A DNA stretch of 64,000 nt, from IMG/VR virus record IMGVR_UViG_3300032313_000500, positions 32,001 to 96,000 of that record; one strand, given 5' to 3'. Positions 19,361 to 27,841 of this stretch are shown here, one piece after another (the stretch's first letter is position 1; the number at the start of each line of letters is the position of its first letter). Position numbers and translations under genes: made by a program. Source of the stretch: a virus. A model generated the notes under the pieces. That model was not told the DNA's origin, ran no database searches, and was given only the letters and a program-made list of their open reading frames with translations.

Positions 19361-19689
19361 TGTCTGAAGACGAATTTGTAGAAAAACACCGTGAGTACTC
19401 CGTGTACGCAGACTGGCCTCCGTTTTCAATATCTAGCAAAAAAAGAAATGACTATCTTGAAGATGTTGTTAAAGAAGACAGACGAATAGTTTCAAAAATT
19501 AACGCCAAAGACGAAGATGCATTTGAAAGAATGTACTCAACCGTAGAGGTTAAGTGGTCTGACGACCTTGAAGAAGCCCGCCTCTACCAAAAGAGGTATG
19601 GCAAAGAAAAGATTGACGCATTTCTCGCTGCTTTAGAACTGGAAGGTCTTGAAGAAGACAGCGACGGCGTTCCATTTGGAATTTTTTAA
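19360..19689 (+). CDS. Small acidic hypothetical protein (109 aa); candidate immunity protein
   Basis: TAATG overlap with the stop of the upstream ART-like gene. Confidence 0.6.
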   Translation: MSEDEFVEKHREYSVYADWPPFSISSKKRNDYLEDVVKEDRRIVSKINAKDEDAFERMYSTVEVKWSDDLEEARLYQKRYGKEKIDAFLAALELEGLEEDSDGVPFGIF

Positions 19690-19690
19690 T

Positions 19691-22600
19691 GTGGAAAGCG
19701 AACTCAGAAGTCAAATTGCTGCCGTAAGGCGAGCAGCGGATATTGGATGTTTTGGTGCGCACCAAATTTCAAACGGTGAATGGCTGCCCTGTTCTTCAAC
19801 AAAACAATTTCTGACAATTACTAACGGTTTTGATGTCAAGTCAAGAATTTCACTTGACGACATGGAGAACTGGTCTTCAATCAGAAAATCAAAAGGAAAA
19901 AAGCGAAAGAAGCGTTGGGAAAAACTTCGTGAGCGCAGAATACTTGGAATTGAATCTCTGGAAGGCGGCGGTCTTGTTTCTCCAAGAAACTCAACAAACA
20001 TGATTAATGGTGGCACAAATCCACCAATCACGCATGGTGCTTCAAGTCCTTCGGGTATGTCTACTAAGAGCATTCAGCCCGCATTCATGCCTAGAGACAA
20101 CGACCCTGACGTGTTTGTTGATATTGAATCAGCAAGAAAAAGAGCGCAGCAACTTGGCTGTATCGGTGTAAGCAGAAGAATGTCAAAAGGTGGAAAGGTT
20201 ATATGGATGCCATGTACAAATATCACCGACTACAACAATCTGACCGGAATGACTTCTCTTGGAAGAACAAATCTTCAAAAAAGAAATGAAAAAATAATTA
20301 GAACCGTAATAAAAGAAAATCTTAAAAAGAAAAAAACAACTATTCAAGAAGATATTTACGGCAAGGCTCTCGGTCCAAGAATTAGAGGAATAGCCCGAGC
20401 AGCAGTTTCAAGGTTTGACGCAAATGCTTTTGACGGAGACGAAGACGGCTTAATCCAAGACGGAACCACGTTTGAGAGACCAAGCATTCCAACTCCATCC
20501 ATACCAAAACCCGCAGACAGAGAAGCCACACCAAAAACTGTAGACAGAGAAGTTTCAGCATCAGAAGTTTCTGCAGTACGCAAATTCATGAGCGCCATGA
20601 CTTCTTCGCAAATGGATTCTTTCAGAGGTGAACCAATTGAAGCGTACGACGGAGTTCCTGGGTCAAGGCGTGGAATGGCATCCAGTGGTCCTGGATTCAT
20701 TATCGGTCGCGGTCCAAAACCAGTAAGCGGAAGAAAGACACCAAAGCCTTTATCCATAGCGGAACTGAGAAACCCAGAAGCAAGTCCAACCAACCCATTT
20801 AGAAATCTCGGTGGAAGACTGATGGGCAAATTGATTAGGGGAATGGTCAAGCCTGAACATAGAAACAAACAAGATAGAACGACTTTCCTCATTGGTGGAA
20901 ATACTGGTTCGGGTAAAACAACCGTACTTGACGGACATTTAATACCAAAAGGCCTAGTCCCCTCACACGAGGAAGCCGCGCTCATTGACCCTGACTTCAT
21001 CAAGAAAGGTCTTGTTGGATACAACGACGGGGATGGTGCTGGTCGTGTTCATAGAGAGTCTCAAGCAGCAACTGACAAGACAATTAGGGATGCCGCTTCT
21101 GACCAAATGGACATGGTAATCACAGGTTCTGGTGCGTCAAGACAAATTCAACACATGCGTGAAGCGTCTGAGCGTGGAGAAAAGGTAGTCGGACACTGGG
21201 TGCACGTTCCACAACAGGAAGCATCTAGGAGAATTAAAAAAAGAATGGATGAAACCAATAGGTACATCCCAGACAACACAGCCCATATGGCTCAGAGTAT
21301 TCCTAAAGTTATTTCAACAGGATTTGAAGAAGACTTACTGGATGAGTTCTACCTATGGGACAACGACGTACCCGAAGGTAAAGAGCCAAAACTTATTGCA
21401 AAAAAAGTTCGTGGCAAAAAGTTTGAAATATACGACGCTAAAAAATTTGAAGAATTTGCCGGAAGTAAAAAGTGGGCAGACACCTGGGTTGCAACATCTG
21501 AAGGAAAAGATTCAGACAATGACAGCGCATCTGTACAGATGAGTAAAAATAGAAGCGGAAATCCTGCAAACAGAGGCGGGAGTGGACGTGTCACGCCTCC
21601 CAAAAACCCGCGAACCCCAATACCTAGCACAGGACAAGGCTCTCCCTTGGACCTAACTCCGTACTCACCGCCATCAAGAGAAAATTCTGTAAAAAAAACA
21701 TTAATAGGAAAAATTCAAAAAATTATACCGCGTGTTCAATTTGAGGGAGTACTTAGAATAGCATCGCGTATTCCAAAGGGAATGCCTCTTTATGAAGAAA
21801 CTGACGACAATCAAATTAAAATAAATTTAAAATCTTTGCAAATTAATCTTGACACTCCTCAGGATATTTTGAAAGCAGTTGATACCTACGCTCCACTCAA
21901 AGCAGACAACGAATCAATGGAGGATTTTGCAGCAAGAATTATTCAAACTATTCCGGCTATGAGGTGGGCGGTTGGGTCCAGTGGTCCAGGAGGAGCAAAA
22001 AGACTTGCAGACATATTAACTCAATCTGGATTCAGTAATAATTCTCAAGAAAAAGTAAGAGAAATACTAAAGAAAAATTTAGAAAATCCATCATTTGCTG
22101 AATTAGTAAAAATACACGGAATGCCATTGATTGTAAACGGTGACACATTATTTACAACAAACGAAAAACTAGCAGCAGGAGGGACGGATGCTTTTCATAC
22201 TGCAGGTTATGGGTTTATCCTCATGTCTGATTCTCTTCTACGGGAAGGAAAGTCGTATTCTCTTGGCTGGACCGAGGAAACCCCCCTTTACAATTATGTT
22301 GGAGAAACAATGCGTCACGAGTGGTTTCACTACTTAGATGGAATAATGAACGCAATGGACCCTGTTGCGAGAAACAATAGAATACAAAAGTACATGAAAA
22401 GTGTAAATGATTTTCTTTCAGACCCTCAGGCTCGTTTTGAAAAAGCGCTAGGAACTCCAGAAGAAATGATTAAAGAAGCAGAGTCAATAGCAGTAAGAAG
22501 TATTGCTTTTGCTCAAGGAAAATCAAAACGTGATGCCATAAGGTATTTAAGGAATAGGAAAGACAAAGATTATTTGGCTTTAATGGATTTAGCCATTGGA

Positions 22601-22900
22601 AAAATGATAGACGACGCAGTGGACTCACTGTTTCAAGACAGGGGTGGAGTTTACGATGATGTCGCTAAAAAATATAGTGTTTATTCTCGTCATGGGATGC
22701 ATGAGTTAATTGCTGAAATAGGAAAACTCATAACCTCAACCCCAGAAGAGAGGGGTTTGTCTGCAAGCGACACAAACTACGCCATTGATAGTGAAACCGT
22801 AGATTTCCTCATGGACATGTTTCCTTCAATATCAAGAGGATTATGGGTAAGTATAATAAAGACGTCTTATCCAGGGATTCAAATAAAGGTATTGAGGTAA
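19691..22900 (+). CDS. Giant virion-associated protein (~1069 aa): two GC...W.PC repeats, DGDEDG tag, zeta-toxin-like P-loop kinase, C-terminal HExxH zincin
   Basis: GTG19691 right after the upstream stop (track start TTG19649). Motifs: IGGNTGSGKTT, IDPDFIKK, VHRES, HEWFH...SVYSRHGMHELIAE. Confidence 0.7.
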   Translation: MESELRSQIAAVRRAADIGCFGAHQISNGEWLPCSSTKQFLTITNGFDVKSRISLDDMENWSSIRKSKGKKRKKRWEKLRERRILGIESLEGGGLVSPRNSTNMINGGTNPPITHGASSPSGMSTKSIQPAFMPRDNDPDVFVDIESARKRAQQLGCIGVSRRMSKGGKVIWMPCTNITDYNNLTGMTSLGRTNLQKRNEKIIRTVIKENLKKKKTTIQEDIYGKALGPRIRGIARAAVSRFDANAFDGDEDGLIQDGTTFERPSIPTPSIPKPADREATPKTVDREVSASEVSAVRKFMSAMTSSQMDSFRGEPIEAYDGVPGSRRGMASSGPGFIIGRGPKPVSGRKTPKPLSIAELRNPEASPTNPFRNLGGRLMGKLIRGMVKPEHRNKQDRTTFLIGGNTGSGKTTVLDGHLIPKGLVPSHEEAALIDPDFIKKGLVGYNDGDGAGRVHRESQAATDKTIRDAASDQMDMVITGSGASRQIQHMREASERGEKVVGHWVHVPQQEASRRIKKRMDETNRYIPDNTAHMAQSIPKVISTGFEEDLLDEFYLWDNDVPEGKEPKLIAKKVRGKKFEIYDAKKFEEFAGSKKWADTWVATSEGKDSDNDSASVQMSKNRSGNPANRGGSGRVTPPKNPRTPIPSTGQGSPLDLTPYSPPSRENSVKKTLIGKIQKIIPRVQFEGVLRIASRIPKGMPLYEETDDNQIKINLKSLQINLDTPQDILKAVDTYAPLKADNESMEDFAARIIQTIPAMRWAVGSSGPGGAKRLADILTQSGFSNNSQEKVREILKKNLENPSFAELVKIHGMPLIVNGDTLFTTNEKLAAGGTDAFHTAGYGFILMSDSLLREGKSYSLGWTEETPLYNYVGETMRHEWFHYLDGIMNAMDPVARNNRIQKYMKSVNDFLSDPQARFEKALGTPEEMIKEAESIAVRSIAFAQGKSKRDAIRYLRNRKDKDYLALMDLAIGKMIDDAVDSLFQDRGGVYDDVAKKYSVYSRHGMHELIAEIGKLITSTPEERGLSASDTNYAIDSETVDFLMDMFPSISRGLWVSIIKTSYPGIQIKVLR

Positions 22901-22903
22901 CAG

Positions 22904-23110
22904 ATGACAACCTACGGACGTAACGCCAGATTTACGGGAATTAAATCAAAAATAGACGAGTTAGACATGTTGATAAACTCGTTTGAGTTTTCCAAGGAGA
23001 CCGACCTGTTGGCTCAACTTAAAAAGTTGCGTGAACAATTACTAGAAACACTTGACAATTTGGAAAAAACTTTAGGAGATAGCCAAAAATCTCCTGAAGG
23101 CGAGAAGTAG
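22904..23110 (+). CDS. Small coiled-coil hypothetical protein (68 aa)
   Basis: Starts 3 nt after the upstream stop with GAGG upstream; heptad-like Leu pattern. Confidence 0.55.
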   Translation: MTTYGRNARFTGIKSKIDELDMLINSFEFSKETDLLAQLKKLREQLLETLDNLEKTLGDSQKSPEGEK

Positions 23111-23256
23111 TTACCAAATAATTATTGACTCAAAACCCAATACCTTCACTACGGCCACTAAAATAGCGTTATTATTTTTCAATAGGGCTTGGTGCTTACC
23201 TGGGCCGTCCAATTAGTAAACAAAAACCAATTATCCCAAACCAGGAGAAAAATAAA

Positions 23257-24615
23257 ATGTCAGACCAAGCAAGACTTACAGAATTGCAATCCGCCCTTCG
23301 CGCCAAGATGGCCGATAACAAGGCAATTGCAGACTCATTCCGCATTGAAGAAGGAACCGTTGTTGTCAACGCTCAGCAAAAGAGCGCATTTGATAAGAAC
23401 ATGACCGACATCAAGGAAATCAAGGGACTCATTGAGGGCCTTGAGGCAATGAACACCGTTGACCAATGGGGCTCACAGGCTCCAGCAGAATCAGTTGCTG
23501 CTGCTGCAGCCGCTGGCTACTCTCTCAAGAGCGTCTACGGCTCACAGAGCATCGGTGACCTCTTCCTCGCTTCACCAGAGTTCAAGACCCTTTTGGGTGG
23601 CAAGAATGGCGCAAACATGCCTTCCCCATTCCAACTCGGAGCATCACTCACCACTCATGGCGCATTCAGCGTTAAGGACGTTTACTCGGCACTTCCATCA
23701 GGCACATTGGGCCGTGGTGCAGATGCTCAGTTCGGTTCAATCCAGCGTGACCCAATGGTCATGTCACCACAGCGTGTAAAGCGCGTTCGTGACTTGTTCC
23801 CAAGCCGCACCACAACTGCTGCAGTTATTGAATACTTCCGTATGCTCGGTTTCACCGCAACAGGCGGCGGAGTCAACAATGCAGGAACAGTTGCTGAGCG
23901 TAACGCCGGAAACACAAACTTTGCTGCCAAGCCACAGTCCTCAATGGTATTTGAAGGCCACCAGGCCCCAGTACGTACCATTGCTCACTGGGAAGCAGCA
24001 CACCGTAACGTCCTCGCAGACGAGCCACAGTTGCGTTCAATCATTGACAACGAATTGATGTACGGTCTCCGTCTTCAAGAAGATGCTCAAATCCTCAACG
24101 GTGATGGCTCTGGCGAAAACCTTACTGGTGTTCTTCAGACTTCCGGTATCCAGAACTACTCATGGTCCAGCGGTTTGTACTCAGCAACTGCAGGAATGTC
24201 AGACACAAAGGCAGACGCAATCCGTCGCGCCGCTACTCTGTCGTTCTTGGCTTACTACGAGCCATCTGGTGTCGTTCTTCACCCGAACGATTGGGAAGAC
24301 ATTGAGTTGACCAAGGATGGCAATGGCCAGTACCTCGTTGCAGTTTCGGTTGCAATGGGTGGCGAGCCAAAGGTATGGCGTTTGCCGGTCGTTGAGACTC
24401 CTGCAATCCCAGAAGGCACCGCACTTGTCGGCGCATTCGGTACGGGCGCACAGTTGTATGACCGTGAGCAGGCTTCAATCCGCATCTCAGAGCAGCACTC
24501 GGACTTCTTCGTTCGCAACGCAATCGTTGTACTCGCAGAACAGCGCCTCGCCCTTGCGGTTAAGCGCCCAGAGTCATTCGTCAAAGTTACATTTGACAAC
24601 GCTCCAGCAGCCTAA
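23257..24615 (+). CDS. Major capsid protein, HK97 fold, with N-terminal coiled-coil delta domain
   Basis: Strong CAGGAG RBS; HWEAAHRNVLADEPQLRSIIDNELMYGLRLQEDAQILNGDGSGENLTG, VLHPNDW, FVRNAIVVLAEQRLALAVKRPESFV; followed by a terminator. Confidence 0.95.
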   Translation: MSDQARLTELQSALRAKMADNKAIADSFRIEEGTVVVNAQQKSAFDKNMTDIKEIKGLIEGLEAMNTVDQWGSQAPAESVAAAAAAGYSLKSVYGSQSIGDLFLASPEFKTLLGGKNGANMPSPFQLGASLTTHGAFSVKDVYSALPSGTLGRGADAQFGSIQRDPMVMSPQRVKRVRDLFPSRTTTAAVIEYFRMLGFTATGGGVNNAGTVAERNAGNTNFAAKPQSSMVFEGHQAPVRTIAHWEAAHRNVLADEPQLRSIIDNELMYGLRLQEDAQILNGDGSGENLTGVLQTSGIQNYSWSSGLYSATAGMSDTKADAIRRAATLSFLAYYEPSGVVLHPNDWEDIELTKDGNGQYLVAVSVAMGGEPKVWRLPVVETPAIPEGTALVGAFGTGAQLYDREQASIRISEQHSDFFVRNAIVVLAEQRLALAVKRPESFVKVTFDNAPAA

Positions 24616-24627
24616 TAACTACTAAGT

Positions 24628-24667
24628 AAAAACCCCGCTCATGCCTTCGGGTGTGGGCGGGGTTTTT
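24628..24667 (+). terminator. Rho-independent terminator after the MCP gene
   Basis: AAAAACCCCGCTCATGCC-TTCG-GGTGTGGGCGGGGTTTTT. Confidence 0.9.
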
Positions 24668-24809
24668 GCTATTTATGGCATAATTAGAACATGCCACCTT
24701 AGGGCTAATCCAGGAAATCCCTCGTCCTTGTTTTGAAGGCGGGGGATTTCTTGTTTAACGGGAGTATCTGAGCCTTTTGCGTTTATGGACTACAATTTGT
24801 TCATGACAT

Positions 24810-24992
24810 ATGAAGTTGATTGTTGTGCCTAGAAGAGACGAAGACGAGCCATTGGATAAATACATCCAATACGTTAGTAAACTAAGAGGCACACCCGACG
24901 ATTTTGAGGATTGGGCGCTAGACAACAATGTTAAGTTGCCTGCTAAAAAGAAGACAAATAAACCAGAGGACAATTATGACGATACCCAGTGA
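24810..24992 (+). CDS. Hypothetical protein (60 aa)
   Basis: First of a run of overlapping small + strand ORFs; TACAAT box at 24791. Confidence 0.5.
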   Translation: MKLIVVPRRDEDEPLDKYIQYVSKLRGTPDDFEDWALDNNVKLPAKKKTNKPEDNYDDTQ

Positions 24993-25173
24993 AGACGCTT
25001 TTAAAGACAAGGGAACATGGGATAGATGGAAGAAGAGAAATTCTCCCGGTAGGTCACCCGAAGAAACAATTAGGTCAATGGAAGCACCAGTTAATCCTTT
25101 CACAAACGACCCAAACAATCCCTTCACTATCCTAAAAAGAGAGCGGGAAATTAGAGAAGCGGGCGAACAGTGA
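24976..25173 (+). CDS. Hypothetical protein (65 aa)
   Basis: GAGGA RBS before ATG24976; its stop overlaps the next start. Confidence 0.55.
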   Translation: MTIPSEDAFKDKGTWDRWKKRNSPGRSPEETIRSMEAPVNPFTNDPNNPFTILKREREIREAGEQ

Positions 25174-25436
25174 TAATCAAGCCCGGCACCGACCCTGAAC
25201 AGGCTGCAAAAATAAGGGCTTCAATTAATAAACTCCATCAAGAGATTGAAGACTTCCTTACACTTTCTGACACTATTGAGTCAGAAAACCCCACGGGGGA
25301 CGCATGGAAGGCAGTGTGGGGACACGAAAATCCTGCTTTTGATGAGAACACAAAAGAAAGCCACGAACTAAAAGCAAGCATAGCAAAAATGCACGGCATG
25401 GACATTGGTGCCCAAAAACAAATTGAGGCAGAGTGA
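25170..25436 (+). CDS. Hypothetical protein (88 aa)
   Basis: GTGA overlap with the upstream stop; coupled to the downstream gene. Confidence 0.55.
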   Translation: MIIKPGTDPEQAAKIRASINKLHQEIEDFLTLSDTIESENPTGDAWKAVWGHENPAFDENTKESHELKASIAKMHGMDIGAQKQIEAE

Positions 25437-26224
25437 TGGATTCCATCTTTTCTTTTGATGAAAGCAAATGGTCTGTTTTTGATGTCGCGTACTCAATTGA
25501 ACTGAAAGAACAGTACCCAGAAATTTGGGCTATGTCTGGCGGCTCAAAGTCCGACTACGTGCACAGCGTCCTGTTGGAAGTGTTTGAAAATGGTGGGGTG
25601 GCTACGACCCCGGAACAAGCAGAAGTTCTTGAACTAAGAGAATCCTGGATTAACAGACATGTTTACGATAGTCAGCCAGCAGGTTATATTGCTCAAGTTA
25701 AATGGCTAGCCGTATCTTCCAACGGTGAAGCATGGCAGAAGAGAAAAATCAACGAAGAAGTTTCAAAATTTCATGCAAGAAACGAATGGCTTCTTGAAAA
25801 AGGTGGTCCATGCTGGCAGGGTTACAAACAGGTCGGAATGAAAAAGGGAAAAAGCGGAAAAATGGTTCCCAACTGTGTTCCGGTTGAGACCAAAAGTGCG
25901 CAATTAAAAAACCCCAAAGGTGGGCTTACTGCCGCTGGTAGAAAATTCTTCAAGAGAACCGAAGGCTCAAATCTAAAACCGGGCGTAAAAGGTGCTGCTG
26001 ACACCCCGGAAAAGATGCGTAGAAAAGGTTCATTCCTGACTAGATTCTTCACCAACCCATCAGGACCGATGAAAGACGACAAGGGACGCCCTACGCGTCT
26101 TGCTCTTTCTGCTGCAGCATGGGGAGAACCAGTGCCTCAGGACGCCTCAGACGCCGCTGCGCTGGCCGCTAAGGGCCGCAGAATGCTTGATAGGTACGAG
26201 AGAGCAAAGAAGGCCAAAAAATGA
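25433..26224 (+). CDS. Modular head-associated protein with a CW.GY...VPNCVP module and a C-terminal DUF6321-like domain
   Basis: GPCWQGYKQVGMKKGKSGKMVPNCVP; KNPKGGLTAAGRKFFKRTEGSNLKPGV...RKGSFLTRF...LAAWG. Modules are separated by LEK-GG and ETK-SA sites. Confidence 0.65.
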   Translation: MMDSIFSFDESKWSVFDVAYSIELKEQYPEIWAMSGGSKSDYVHSVLLEVFENGGVATTPEQAEVLELRESWINRHVYDSQPAGYIAQVKWLAVSSNGEAWQKRKINEEVSKFHARNEWLLEKGGPCWQGYKQVGMKKGKSGKMVPNCVPVETKSAQLKNPKGGLTAAGRKFFKRTEGSNLKPGVKGAADTPEKMRRKGSFLTRFFTNPSGPMKDDKGRPTRLALSAAAWGEPVPQDASDAAALAAKGRRMLDRYERAKKAKK

Positions 26225-26673
26225 CTACATGGGGCGAATACAAGGGCGAGATAAAAGGTTTTAGGTTTGAAACAAAAGCAGACAAGAAATGCCCTCCAGC
26301 AACACAGGACATTTCGGTAAACATAAAGAACCGTCAAAAGGCAATCAAGTCTGCGGCATATGGTCCTTTAAACCCTAAAGAGACAAACGATAAATTTTGG
26401 CAAGAAAAAGCAGACAGATGGGACGTCTCTATCCCCTCAGCAAAAAAGCAGAAGTGTGGAAACTGTATTCTCTTCGTACGCTCGCCAAGAATCCTTGACT
26501 GCATTGAGACAGGACTCGGGAACGAGTCTGGCGCAGCGTGGGACGTAATTGAAGCAGGAAAGATTGGATACTGCGAAGCGTTTGACTTCAAGTGCCATGC
26601 CGAACGAACATGCGATGCATGGGTCGTAGGTGGACCAACCGTAACGGACAACGACAGTCGGAAACCAGACTAA
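26221..26673 (+). CDS. Cys-rich protein with HiPIP-like C-terminal motif
   Basis: KCGNCILF...GYCEAFDFKCHAERTCDAW; N-terminal EYK-GEIK-GF and ETK-AD sites. Confidence 0.55.
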   Translation: MTTWGEYKGEIKGFRFETKADKKCPPATQDISVNIKNRQKAIKSAAYGPLNPKETNDKFWQEKADRWDVSIPSAKKQKCGNCILFVRSPRILDCIETGLGNESGAAWDVIEAGKIGYCEAFDFKCHAERTCDAWVVGGPTVTDNDSRKPD

Positions 26674-27077
26674 TGACGAACGAAAGATTCTGGTACGGAG
26701 CAACCCTGTTAAAAGTTATTGATGGTGACACAATTGAACTCATGATTGACCTTGGTTTCAATATCCATCACAAGATTCGTGTTCGTCTTTATGGGGTAAA
26801 TACGCCAGAATCACGCACAAAAGACCTTGCTGAAAAAGAAATGGGCCTAAAGGCTAAGAGTTTCACCCAAGACTGGCTTACTAATCACAAGTGGGTATTC
26901 GTTAATACCATCCCCGATAAGAACGACAAATACGGGCGTATTTTGGCTCGTATTTTTTCTTCGGACGATATTGATGACCCAACTACTGCTTGTCTTAATA
27001 AAGACATAATCCAGTCTGGCTACGCCCGTGAATACTTCGGCGTTGGCGATAAGACTTGGACTGAGTTTAAGAAATAA
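26673..27077 (+). CDS. Thermonuclease (SNase-like) family nuclease
   Basis: KVIDGDTIELMIDLGF...RVRLYGVNTPESR...DKYGRILA; TAATG overlap start. Confidence 0.85.
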   Translation: MTNERFWYGATLLKVIDGDTIELMIDLGFNIHHKIRVRLYGVNTPESRTKDLAEKEMGLKAKSFTQDWLTNHKWVFVNTIPDKNDKYGRILARIFSSDDIDDPTTACLNKDIIQSGYAREYFGVGDKTWTEFKK

Positions 27078-27112
27078 AAAACCCCGCCCCAATTAAGGAG
27101 CGGGAGTTTTTT
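27077..27112. terminator. Bidirectional terminator between convergent genes
   Basis: AAAAACCCCGCCCC-AATT-AAGGAGCGGGAGTTTTTT with A/T tails on both sides. Confidence 0.75.
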
Positions 27113-27136
27113 AATAAGTTTTTAGACTGTTAGTTT

Positions 27137-27763
27137 TTAGACTGTGGTTCCATCCCAGTCAAGAGGAGCACCTGCATCGGAACTTGCCTGAACTGTAATT
27201 ACTACACCAAGGTTTGCACCAGCAACGGTTGAACCAACCTGAGTCACTGCTACGGTCACCAATTGACCTGCAGCAAATGCGGCGGGTGAAGCAGACGTCG
27301 CTGTTGCGCTTGCGCCTGCAGCAACTGCTGCTGACGATACGTTTGGCTTTGTTCTGACATATCCGAATGTTGTGGTTGAGGCAACTGCACTGATTACATA
27401 TGTTCCATCAAATGGCGCACCTACGTTATCTACGGTCACTGTGTCGCCCACTGCGTAACCATGAACTGCTGAAGTTGTAAGGGTTGCAACGTTTGATGTG
27501 AGTGCCTTGTTTGTGATGGTGAATGCACCAGTGCTGAGGGTGAAGTCTCCGCTTGTTCCTGAGGCGGCGATTGAGAGTCTTCCCAAAACTCCGTCATTGG
27601 CAACAAGGGTGGCGGTAAGAGCCGCACCCGTAGGGGCGGTACCTACGGCAGCAGTTGCTCCCGTAACGTATCCCTTGAATGGCATACGAAACACGGCAGT
27701 GCTGGAAGTGGCGAGTGTACCTGTGATGTTGGCACTAAGAATTGCTGGTGTGCTAATTGACAT
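27137..27763 (-). CDS. Ala/Thr/Val/Gly-rich beta-structured protein; probable virion decoration/fibre-like protein
   Basis: TITNKALTSNVATLTTSAVHGYAVGDTVTV...FDGTYVISAV is a beta module seen in phage structural proteins; GGAG RBS. Confidence 0.45.
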   Translation of the reverse strand: MSISTPAILSANITGTLATSSTAVFRMPFKGYVTGATAAVGTAPTGAALTATLVANDGVLGRLSIAASGTSGDFTLSTGAFTITNKALTSNVATLTTSAVHGYAVGDTVTVDNVGAPFDGTYVISAVASTTTFGYVRTKPNVSSAAVAAGASATATSASPAAFAAGQLVTVAVTQVGSTVAGANLGVVITVQASSDAGAPLDWDGTTV

Positions 27764-27841
27764 TTATGTCTCCTTGGAGTTGTTGGCGCTAATGCCCTTG
27801 TTCTAAATAATACATCAGACTGTGGCTTGGCGTAGCAATAA

